A stretch of 63,959 bases of DNA, counting the filler, from Octopus bimaculoides (taxonomy: Eukaryota), in the NCBI RefSeq assembly GCF_001194135.2. It is 8 parts of 8 records of this genome, joined end to end, with 100 filler letters (N's around TTAATTAATTAA, not from the genome) between each part and the next. Parts side by side here need not be neighbours in the genome. Positions count along the whole stretch, not along the records: positions 48,463 to 57,716 come from NC_068981.1; positions 57,817 to 60,423 come from NC_068990.1; positions 60,524 to 62,755 come from NW_026429085.1; positions 62,856 to 63,959 come from NW_026397042.1; 4 more parts are not named here. One strand, written 5' to 3'. The notes under the pieces are model-generated. The model ran no database searches. It saw only the letters and a list, made by a program, of their open reading frames with translations, and was not told the DNA's origin. Below, one piece after another: positions 53,226 through 63,959 of this stretch. The position numbers and the translations under genes were made by a program. Position 1 is the first letter of the stretch; every line of letters begins with the position of its first letter.

Positions 53226-53812
53226 CTGAAAATTATTTAAGAATGATCCCCGGTTCATCATCCTTACAAGAAATCTTTTAACTGGTACGTCACACGTATT
53301 GAGAAGAACATTGTCGCTGTGAGAACGATAACTTTGGATGAAAATATACTTTTTTTACAGGGTTTATTTGAATTTTTGTAAATGAACAATCTAGTATGTT
53401 TATTTAATTGGCCTGTCAGTGTGCACAGTGAGTTTCTTTGTCCTCGGTGTCGAGAAGACAGTCGGCAAGAAATGGAAACAAAACTGAAGGATGAGGAAAA
53501 ACTAATAATGATGATGATGGTGGCGGTGGTGATGACGATGAAGACACACAAGGCAACATAATTTCGGTAGAGCGTTCTGGTTCGAGATGGAAACTATAAG
53601 TAAGAATGGAATGAGAATCCGTGGTGGTGGTCACCATTTTATGGTCAGCTACTTGAGAAACGAGTTAGAATTTATAACATGAAAATTAAAGACATTCTAC
53701 AAACACACACACACACATACACACAAACAGATGTATACACGCAAACACACACATATTTTCGTATACATATATAAATATATGAATATAAATACATATATAA
53801 GAATATATATAA

Positions 53813-53860
<48 letters not shown>

Positions 53861-53988
53861 ACATATATACATATATACACATATATTATATATAATATAT
53901 TATATATACATATATATTATACTATATATATTCTATATTATATCATATGTATATATATGATGTATATATATGTATGTATATATATATG

Positions 53989-54023
<35 letters not shown>

Positions 54024-54067
54024 ATACATATATACATATATATTATACTATATATATTCTATATTAT

Positions 54068-54102
<35 letters not shown>

Positions 54103-54656
54103 ATGGATATATTTGGGAAAAAAATAAGGCAATGAAGAGAGTTACATGTTTGAAAATGGATTACAACGTTTAGAAATATTGTTTCAAGTGTCGTCGGCTT
54201 TTAATAATTTATCAGTCATTGAGAACGGAAAAAGAAACTTTGTGGAGAAAGTATACAATGGACAAGAGTTTACTATTTTAAAGAGTTATTGTTGATAGCG
54301 AGTTGTAGTAAAATGATTGATCAGTGGGAGTTACAGGAAAGTTGATTGTTAAAACATCATTTAACAACAATCATCACAGAACGCGCTAATGAGTCTTATT
54401 TCCATTTGAGCTGATTTGGCAGGAAGTTATGATAATTTATGATAGCAACTGTTCTTGTGAGTGGTAATCCTGAAGCAATGTATGGCCGGCTGTGCGGTTA
54501 AGAAGCTCCATTTTCAGTGACGTGGTTTCGTGTTCATTCCTACTGCGCGGTACTTTGACTAAGTTTTTTTTTTTCTTCTGTAACCCCGGACTGACCAATG
54601 TTTTCTCAGTGGATTTGATGGACGGAAGCTGTGTAGAAGCCTGTGCTGTCTCTCTC

Positions 54657-54697
<41 letters not shown>

Positions 54698-54932
54698 ACC
54701 CGCACGCACATTATTTTCAAACGATTTGCAAATGCAAGTGCTACCATTTGGAGTCATCAGGAGGGAATGTGCACCATTTCGGGGGCCCTCGTCTTAACAG
54801 CCCCCGACCGTTATTGAGATGAGTCCTCACTTACTCTGTCGACTGGTTACAAGAATTTCACTCAATATTCTTCTCGCCATTGCTCATCATTTTAACCAAA
54901 TCCAGTGGTTTGCCTGCTTCACTATAGCCTAG

Positions 54933-54969
<37 letters not shown>

Positions 54970-55019
54970 TACAAAGAAGGAAATGGAATGAAAATATAAG
55001 TGAATATATATTTTTATTA

Positions 55020-55460
55020 TTAGCTGGCAGAATCGTTAGCACGCTGATCGAAATGCTTACAGGTATTTCGTCTGCCGCTACGTTCTGAGTTCAAATTCCC
55101 CCGAGGTCGACTTTGCCTTTCATCCCTTTCGGGGTTCGATTAAATAACTACTAGTTACGCGCTGGATCGATTTATCGATTTAATTCCTTCCTCCAAATTT
55201 CAGCCTTGTGCCTAACTTAGAAAGGGTTATTAATTGACACAATAAAGGCGCCGAGCTGGCAGAATCGTTAGCACGCCGGATGGAATGCTTGGCGGTATTT
55301 CACCCGTTACTACGTTCTGAGTTCAAATTGCTCCGAGATCAACTTTGTCTTTCTTCCTTTCTGGGTCGATGAAATAAGTAGCAGTTACGCACTGGGATCG
55401 TTATAATCGACTAGACCTCTTCCCCCCAAATTTTGAAGGCTTTGTGCCGGGAGTAGAAAT
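55020..55460 (+). mobile_element. Two tandem SINE family B copies
   Basis: Family B head and core twice, followed by an ATT-type tail. Confidence 0.82.
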
Positions 55461-56037
55461 AATAATAATTATTATTATTATGAGAGCAATGGACGCCATC
55501 AAAGTGATTCTAGGGTACAAATATACGAAGCCCATTATACCCATCATGACTACCCGTCTGATAAGGGTATGCGAGGCACATGCATCACAAACATATTTGC
55601 ATGACATGGTGATCTCATATCCAGATAAATAGCGCATAACCTTGCAGGTAGGGACCAGTTAAAATTTTCTTGCTCAACTGGTTACGGTCAAACAACTGAC
55701 ATGCAAATCTTTGGTATTAAGCAGAATATTTGCTGTAACCCATCTTTTATACCAAGACAAAACAATGTACATGCTAACACTTCCAATCAGTTAAGATCAG
55801 AAGTCATGAGAGCCACTGCCTGGTAACCCTCGAATGTCTCTATCGTATTGAGGATTACACATTGTTAAAATATTTTTTTTTACGTTAAACCTGTTTATAC
55901 ACGAAACCCTCATAACACGAGCGCGCTCAGACACACACACACGCACACACACACACACATTCAATGTTTTGTCCTGTGTCGTCCATAATGTTATTTTTTT
56001 TTTATATAAACGCTTTGTGGTCAGTAAAGAAATCATT

Positions 56038-56399
56038 ATTACCACCGCCTTAGCGAGGGCGGAGTTAGTTTTCAGCCGTGTTTCTTTGTCCGTGGACATG
56101 ATATCTCAAGAACCACTGCGTGGATTCGGATAAAACTTTCAGGGATGTTTGTCCTCGCAACTGGCACGAACTGATTAGATTTTGGGATCGATCCAGTACC
56201 GGACAAGGATTCTGGATTATTTTTCCTTTTTTGTTTACTTAATTTTTGAGAGCGGTCGGGTTCATTTTTAGTATTCTCGTTTGTGAGAGCAGTTGAGTTT
56301 ATTTCAGATATTCTCATTTTAAAAATCATCTCCGGCTAATCGTTGAGAGGACGTTGGTGTTGCCTTGGCGGAGGTTTGCGCTCTCTGAGTGCTCTTGTT
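56038..56399 (+). mobile_element. Non-autonomous Helentron-like (HINE/DINE-1-type) element
   Basis: 5' ACCACCGCC..GGCGGAG with a self-hairpin; 3' subterminal inverted copy CCTTGGCGGAGGT followed by the hairpin GCGCTC-TCT-GAGTGC; T-rich flanks and no obvious TSD. Confidence 0.65.
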
Positions 56400-56454
56400 A
56401 TTAAGGAGGCGAGCTGGCATAATCGTTAGCACACCGGGAAAAATACTTAGCGAA

Positions 56455-56750
56455 AGATGTCGTGTGGTGAACGAGGTTGAAAAGACTAAAGGCAGACACT
56501 TCCCTCTTCGGCCCAGCCCTCATCGACGTCTTCAAGTTCTACTCGAAAAGGAAAGTGAGGGAGGAGAGGGCGATTCTCCCCAACCCCCACCCTAGCCAGT
56601 ATTTCTGCTGAAAGATGGGTGAATGTGGCCAGCATGGTTCGTGTGTATGGGCGTATTCTGAACATGAGCCTGCAAGCTGGAAGGGATACCGAGAAAAAAA
56701 TGCCTGTCTGGGATACCCTTAGTAACTAGGATATGCGGGGTTCCTTGGTT
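56455..56750 (+). mobile_element. Possible L1/Tx1-type LINE 3' fragment
   Basis: GC-richer stretch translating ..VVW*TRLK.LK..FKFYSKRKVREER..; recognised only by resemblance. Confidence 0.35.
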
Positions 56751-56924
56751 GGCTCTGAGTGGACCACCCCTCCCTCTTTTGGAGAATTTTGTTAATTTTT
56801 ATTGCATTTTATTGTATACACGTGTTTTTGTGCAAAAACCTCACTTGTTCCTTGTTTCTGTATTTTTTCTTTTTGTTTTGTGTTCGGCTCTTTTGGCTAA
56901 TAAAGAAAATATTATTATATTTAC

Positions 56925-57335
56925 TATTGAAGCGGGTGACCAGCAAGGATCGTTTGTACGCTGGGCTATATGCTTTGCCGTATTTCGCCCGTCGCTACGC
57001 TCTAAGTTCAAATTCCATCAAGGTCGACTTTGCCTTTTATCCTTTCAGGGTCGATTAATTAAGTACCACATACGCACTCCCCCATATTTCAGGGATTGTG
57101 CCTATAGTACACAGGATTATTAGTATTGAAGGTTGTGAGCTGGCAGAATCATTAGCGCGCCGGGTAGAATGTTTGGCGACATTTCATCCGTCCTTCCGTT
57201 CTGAGTTCAAATTTCACCGAGATCGACTTTGCCTTTCCTCTTTTCGGGGTCGATAAATTAAGTTCCAGTTGAGTACTGGGGTCGATCTAATCGTCTGGCC
57301 CCCTCCCTTAAATTTGCAGACCTTGTGTTTATAGC
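56925..57335 (+). mobile_element. Two tandem SINE family B copies
   Basis: Family B head and core twice. Confidence 0.8.
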
Positions 57336-57339
57336 AGAA

Positions 57340-57716
57340 AGGATTATTATTATTATTACTATCATTATTATTATTATTATTTTTATTACCATCATTGCCT
57401 TTGCACTGCTTCTAATGCTGGAGATGTACTACGGTGTCAGCTGTTCACTACCAGTGAACTATGGTAACACCTCTTATTTTTCGAGCACCTTCCAGAGTAT
57501 TCGAGCGGTTCCAAGCAGTGCTGTTTTCTGCAAGTGCTCCACCCTTATTGCAGCCCCTATTTGTTCCACATACTTCTCGAGATTTTTGCTCACTGTTTCC
57601 AGGGCTCTGACAATTATTGGTACTATTGCTACCTTTTTCATCGACCACAACCGCTTAACCTCCCAAGCTAACCTGTCATATCTATCGACCTTTCTTTCTT
57701 CCTTATCGCATACCTT
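57340..57716 (-). mobile_element. R4/Dong-like LINE 3' end (RLE C-terminus, 3' UTR and AAT tail)
   Basis: KVDRYDRLAWEVKRLW.MKKV.IVPIIV.AL.TV.KNLEKY......LQKTALLGTARIL.KVLEK* (stop at 57474-57476), then an (AAT/GAT)n tail. An ANRPDIILKD fragment lies across the linker at 57817-57850. Confidence 0.85.
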
Positions 57717-57846
57717 NNNNNNNNNNNNNNNNNNNNNNNNNNNNNNNNNNNNNNNNNNNNTTAATTAATTAANNNNNNNNNNNNNNNNNNNNNNNNNNNN
57801 NNNNNNNNNNNNNNNNAGTCTTTCAGTATGATGTCTGGCCTATTTG

Positions 57847-57942
<96 letters not shown>

Positions 57943-57944
57943 AC

Positions 57945-58400
57945 ATTTGGTAGTTTCAGTCAAATTTCTACTGCATCACCTGCTACACCTCCATGTTGTT
58001 GGACGTGTGGAAAATATCTTCCCGGTATTGTATTGCGTCAGTTTCTTTTTTATGGGGTGTGGTGCAGCTTTTTGTTGTATTAGTGTGTGTATTGTATACA
58101 TGTGTGTGTATTGTATACATGTGTGTGTATTGTATGTTATGTGTGTAATGAGTTAGGTATGCGGCCTGTTGGTGGTAGTTTATTTTAATGGATTTTTTTA
58201 TATAGGCTGAGTCTTGTGTTTGTGGATTGTTTTGCTTGGGTTGTATTGTTGAATTGATAGTGTCTTGCGCAGGGCTATTTTTGGGATAGTATGTGTCAGT
58301 GATAATGGATGTCAGTAACTCATTTATACGACATGTTACACGTACATATTTAAGACAGTCCTTTACATCTGTTTCAAATACCCGGTGACACAGCAAATAA
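57945..58400 (-). repeat. Dispersed repeat ending in an (AAT)n tail, probably a LINE 3' UTR; homologous to 50575-50825 (+)
   Basis: Shared CAACATTTG.TAGTT.CAG.CA.ATTTCTACTGCATCACCTGCT.CACCTCC terminus next to an ATT run. Confidence 0.6.
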
Positions 58401-58472
58401 ACAAAAAAGCAAAAGTATTATCAAGTTGTGTGAAGGTGAAGTAGGAAAAAGCATTATAATAATGATAATAAC

Positions 58473-58540
<68 letters not shown>

Positions 58541-58553
58541 CATAGATACTTAC

Positions 58554-58680
58554 ACTGGCTAATTTGGCAACTTCAAAATCTGAAGCCCCCAGGGAGGCTA
58601 ACCCTAACTCATGAGAAAAATGAGCAAAATCAGAATCAGCAAACAACGGGACATGTCCCAGTAATTCGTGGCAACAGTCT
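58554..58680 (-). CDS. Aromatic amino acid hydroxylase (TH/TPH/PAH family) internal exon: [42 protein letters not shown]
   Basis: Acceptor atatttcag|A and donor AGT|gtaagt; 127 nt (1+42x3). Contains the iron-binding HELLGH motif and GLASLGA. The paralogue cannot be assigned from this exon alone. Confidence 0.93.
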
Positions 58681-58777
58681 CTGAAATATGAACAGATTTA
58701 ATTGGATGATTCAGCAAGTTAACGAGATAAAATTCGCACGCACGCGCACACTCACACACACACACATACACAAACAT

Positions 58778-58822
<45 letters not shown>

Positions 58823-58831
58823 AAACTGAGA

Positions 58832-58866
<35 letters not shown>

Positions 58867-59950
58867 NNNNNNNNNNNNNNNNNNNNNNNNNNNNNNNNNN
58901 NNNNNNNNNNNNNNNNNNNNNNNNNNNNNNNNNNNNNNNNNNNNNNNNNNNNNNNNNNNNNNNNNNNNNNNNNNNNNNNNNNNNNNNNNNNNNNNNNNNN
59001 NNNNNNNNNNNNNNNNNNNNNNNNNNNNNNNNNNNNNNNNNNNNNNNNNNNNNNNNNNNNNNNNNNNNNNNNNNNNNNNNNNNNNNNNNNNNNNNNNNNN
59101 NNNNNNNNNNNNNNNNNNNNNNNNNNNNNNNNNNNNNNNNNNNNNNNNNNNNNNNNNNNNNNNNNNNNNNNNNNNNNNNNNNNNNNNNNNNNNNNNNNNN
59201 NNNNNNNNNNNNNNNNNNNNNNNNNNNNNNNNNNNNNNNNNNNNNNNNNNNNNNNNNNNNNNNNNNNNNNNNNNNNNNNNNNNNNNNNNNNNNNNNNNNN
59301 NNNNNNNNNNNNNNNNNNNNNNNNNNNNNNNNNNNNNNNNNNNNNNNNNNNNNNNNNNNNNNNNNNNNNNNNNNNNNNNNNNNNNNNNNNNNNNNNNNNN
59401 NNNNNNNNNNNNNNNNNNNNNNNNNNNNNNNNNNNNNNNNNNNNNNNNNNNNNNNNNNNNNNNNNNNNNNNNNNNNNNNNNNNNNNNNNNNNNNNNNNNN
59501 NNNNNNNNNNNNNNNNNNNNNNNNNNNNNNNNNNNNNNNNNNNNNNNNNNNNNNNNNNNNNNNNNNNNNNNNNNNNNNNNNNNNNNNNNNNNNNNNNNNN
59601 NNNNNNNNNNNNNNNNNNNNNNNNNNNNNNNNNNNNNNNNNNNNNNNNNNNNNNNNNNNNNNNNNNNNNNNNNNNNNNNNNNNNNNNNNNNNNNNNNNNN
59701 NNNNNNNNNNNNNNNNNNNNNNNNNATAAATGAGTATATATATATGTGTAGATATATATGTATGTATATATATAGATGTATATGTATAGATATATATGTA
59801 TAGATCTATGTATATAGATTTATATGTGTATATATATATGTATATATGTATAGATGTATGTATATAGATTTATATGTGTATATATATATGTATATATGTA
59901 TGTATGTATGTATGTATATATACATACGTATGCACGCATACATTTATGTA

Positions 59951-60314
59951 TGGCAAATGAAAGACGGAAGATGGAATATACGAGAATTTATTATTAATCA
60001 TGACAATTGTTTCTCGATGGATTGCGCGTTCGTTTCTCTTTTTGCCATTTTATTTTTGATCTTCTATATAAATAAACATACTTCCATCGTCTGGCAACTT
60101 TTCTTTCTATAAAACGGTGAGTTACATTGGGGAACAGTTATTTTAACAAGTTGCATTTATTTATCAACCGACGAGATACATCTGCACCACCGGATGCTCC
60201 TGAACCAGTTGCTGAGTGTACAACCCATGAGGAATCGATGGTAGATGTGTCGAAACAGGTGTCGTGATTAATAATAAATTCTCGTATATTCCATCTTCCG
60301 TCTTTCATTTGCCA
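59951..60314. mobile_element. TA-flanked MITE with 50-bp perfect TIRs
   Basis: TGGCAAATGAAAGACGGAAGATGGAATATACGAGAATTTATTATTAATCA at 59951-60000 and its exact reverse complement at 60265-60314, with TA on both sides. Confidence 0.88.
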
Positions 60315-63300
60315 TATACCTAAAGGTCACTGTGAAAGTGACCGTGCTTTACAGGAAAGCTATCAGGTGTAAACCATCCGTTTTATTATCCATTATATAC
60401 GTATATATATTTATATATATATANNNNNNNNNNNNNNNNNNNNNNNNNNNNNNNNNNNNNNNNNNNNTTAATTAATTAANNNNNNNNNNNNNNNNNNNNN
60501 NNNNNNNNNNNNNNNNNNNNNNNACACATGCATTGGTTCTATTCCATTTCTTTACTCAACTAGAGATTCAATTAACCAATAAACTAATTGGTTTTTTGAG
60601 ACATCGTACAGTCAGTCAATCAATCAGCTGGTTTGTCAAAATCTTTTCATCACCATTTTCCATCTCATCAAATTTGCTCCTTTCTCTCCAATGAGGTAGA
60701 CCTGAATTTTATTGATGAGACTGCATATAGGGATGAAAGTCCTTGGTGAAATAGAACCAGCGTGTGTAGTTCTTATTAGCAAAATGACCCCCACCAAAAA
60801 ATACAAACAACATCTGTTTCAATATACAATTTTGCATCATGAATCTTGCAAAAATGAAATAAAAGCATTTTATTTAATGACAACATTTTCAGTAATTCCA
60901 AGGCTCACCATTACATATTTTTATTATTTTTGGAAGCAAATAAAAACAATATTTGATTGTCTTTACAAAACACAATGCTAAAATACATAATATGTTTAGT
61001 TTAAAAGTCTCATGAAATATCTTATTTGTGTTTTAACCTGCACTCTCAGAGTAAATAGTCAAGTATTTTGCCACTCAGGTTTTGTGTAAATCTAATTCTC
61101 AAACACATATAACACACTTCTTTTGTAAAATAACATGAGATTTCACGAAAGTTTCTTCATTGTGTGTTTGCTAAGAGTCAGTTAAATCAAAGAATTTACA
61201 CTCAGAATATCAGTCACCTCAAGTTCTTTAAGTACCTAAGGTAAATATAACATATAATTACTCAGTTATCTTTTATCTTTGCCTTTCTAACCTGTATTGT
61301 AAAACATGCAAAGTTACAATTACCAGCAAAATCTTAGAATACAGTAAGCTCACATTATGATACTTGATTCTCTACAATCACATTATAGTATATAATACTA
61401 GCCAAGATTGAAGTATGGCCTATCTCTCAAACTTTAAGTCAGTAAATTTCATGTCACATGTTTCTTCAAGGGGAGTTGGGTGTAACTACTCAACAAAATA
61501 GAGTTTTTCAATCACCAGCTTTTTTATTAGTGGTGAATTGTTCTAACCTTAAAACTGAGTTTCAAACTAAGAAGTATTTAGTGATTATAACCCAGAGAAA
61601 CACCACACTAGTCTTTGATAAACTATAAAAAATAAACCGAAAAGCTTTATTTCATCCAATTGCCTAGTCCTATTCTCTAAGAGAATGAATAAGGCAATAA
61701 ATTTTAAATTTGTCACTAATTAGTCCCAAAAGGCTTTTTTTTTTTTTTNNNNNNNNNNTTTTTTTTTTTTTTGCAAAGAGTATATTTTCTTGTATTAGTT
61801 TGATCCAGAGGCATGGGCAATGCCCAAGGCCCTTGCAAAATATTCAGGACCACTAAGATTGGTGTGATTAATGTTCTTTTTCAGGAAATTTGAAGGAAAA
61901 AACTGCAGCCAATGTAGTAGTGGGAGAAAAGACACAGGGAGGGGACAGCATGTTTGTGAGCCAGAGTAGTTGTGTGATGGTGAATAACTTCATGTCAATA
62001 GAGTCAAATGGCTTTTTTGTTAGGATGTACATTAGAAATTATAGATAGCTATATTGACAGAATGTAGGAATTGCTTAATCACCACTTCACAATGTACATG
62101 GCCAATTCTCGGCATTTCATTCCACCTACCTGTGAATAGGTACAAAGCAAAGAGACAGATTACATCTGTAAACATTAAAAGCAGGGTTCAGACCATTATA
62201 ATTATAGCTTGGTGAGTGATGAGTTCCATCACAGCACATTTTACATATACCAGATGAGACAGTTTTCAATAGGGTTCCTAGCATTTATCGGGTTATACAA
62301 CTCATGGCTACAGCTAAAAGGAAACAAATATAACTTGATATTATACACAAATTTAAAAATCTAAAAGAGCAAATGTTCAATATTTTACCTATTTTTATGC
62401 TGGACATTTTCTCAGATATATAGAAAAATGGTTGGAAAGTAGGCTTTAGTTTGAACAGAGACATGTTGTAAACTAAGAATACAAAGCTATGCCTGATACA
62501 AAAGTTCTATCCCTATATTTTGAATAATATGTTTATTAATTTTAAGACAAAAATAGAATACTAAAACTGTGACTCACTTTAGTAGCTCTTTAGGAGGAAC
62601 TACCTTTTTAGTTGCATTATTAACTGCATATAAAACCAAACTTGTCCTACAATGATAAAATAAAATGAAAAATATATTCATAAAATGCAAAATAACAACA
62701 TTACACACATACAGAAACCCAATCAATCAGGTAGATATCACCTTGTCAAACTAAGNNNNNNNNNNNNNNNNNNNNNNNNNNNNNNNNNNNNNNNNNNNNT
62801 TAATTAATTAANNNNNNNNNNNNNNNNNNNNNNNNNNNNNNNNNNNNNNNNNNNNATATATATATATATATATCCATGTGTGTCTTTATATCTCTTGTTT
62901 GTCCCCTGACCACCGCTTGACTACCGGTCCGGTGTTTGTGTGAATGCATCCCCGCTAACTAGCGGTTCGGCAAAAGAGAATCAAAGCAATAAGTACCAGG
63001 CTTTAAATGAAAAGTACTGAAGTCGATTCTTTTGACTAAAATCCCTCAAGGCAGCGCCCCAGTGTGGCAACCATATAGTGCCTGTTAAATAAATTTAAAA
63101 AAAAAATATTCTTATAAACCGTTTCTTATAAAAAAAAAAAAAGATAAATTGTTCCTATGTAAGGCGACTTTTGAATCACCCTGTAGTCGTTGATCCCAGA
63201 GTTTAAAACGACCCACTTTCAGAACCACTGGTTTAAAACATCATTTTAACATTTTAATTTTTATCGTCACGACTAAAGTGAAAGCGACGTTCTAAACTGA

Positions 63301-63910
63301 ATGATTATTATGTAATGATTTCCAACATTTGCACAAGTCATCACACTTAAGGAAACGAAGATAGAGTATATTGTTTATAAAATCGAACTCCAATAATTGA
63401 TTGGTACTTTTATATATTTTTGCTATCGATTCAAAACGAACTGATCGACGAAGTCGATATTAGCAGGATTTAAAAATTCATAACATAAAATAGCCGTAAT
63501 TAATTATCGCAGCTAATTAGCTGATAAGCACTGTTAGTCATTTTTGTTTAACGCGTTACCGTGTCTGCCAATTCATCGACATATCAACAAAAGTATTATT
63601 AATATCGTTATAATGAGATATTTTTAATTGCTTACTTAATGGAAAAAATAACAACATACAAAAATAAAACACACACACTAGTAACTATTATATATTTTCG
63701 TTTACTTTTTTCCCGCTAAGTTATAAATACACATTGCGTAATATATAGATTTATTTTCACTCTCACACAAAAATTTATTTCGGACGAGTTCCTTTTTTTT
63801 GTTTTTGTTCTTTTCTTTTTCGTGTGTGTGGAATATCCCGCTTTGTCACGTGCTATTGTTGCACCATTTTAATAATATCGATTGTCAAAGTCAAGTCATT
63901 GGTGTTGTTA

Positions 63911-63944
<34 letters not shown>

Positions 63945-63959
63945 TGGTTGTTATACAAG

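Noticed and set aside
61860-62050. Plus-strand acceptor-like site with short open frames
   Set aside because: No recognisable protein motif in any frame and no partner exons.

Overview
AT-rich, microsatellite- and repeat-dense eukaryotic DNA. The SINE and LINE families look like those of an octopus/cephalopod genome; that is my recollection of the repeats, not a search result. Seven identical 100-bp artificial linkers (N44-TTAATTAATTAA-N44) split the window into eight blocks whose adjacency may not be biological. Two host-gene fragments were found by reading spliced exons that the ORF track largely misses. (1) Four phase-compatible minus-strand exons of a divergent polypeptide N-acetylgalactosaminyltransferase (GALNT) at 41067-45939. 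(2) One 127-nt exon of an aromatic amino acid hydroxylase (TH/TPH/PAH family) at 58554-58680. The rest is mobile DNA: a degenerate Penelope-like element with long Asn-rich inserts, an RTE LINE, a CR1/L2-type RT fragment, R4/Dong-type RLE LINE fragments, mariner and maT (DD37D) remnants, MITE/foldback palindromes, a Helentron-like non-autonomous element, many tRNA-derived SINEs, and small pLTR-like repeats carrying variant hammerhead-ribozyme cores. I see no well-supported novel multi-gene system. The best leads are the non-canonical hammerhead motifs, the divergent GALNT, the divergent hydroxylase exon and the intronic hairpin elements.
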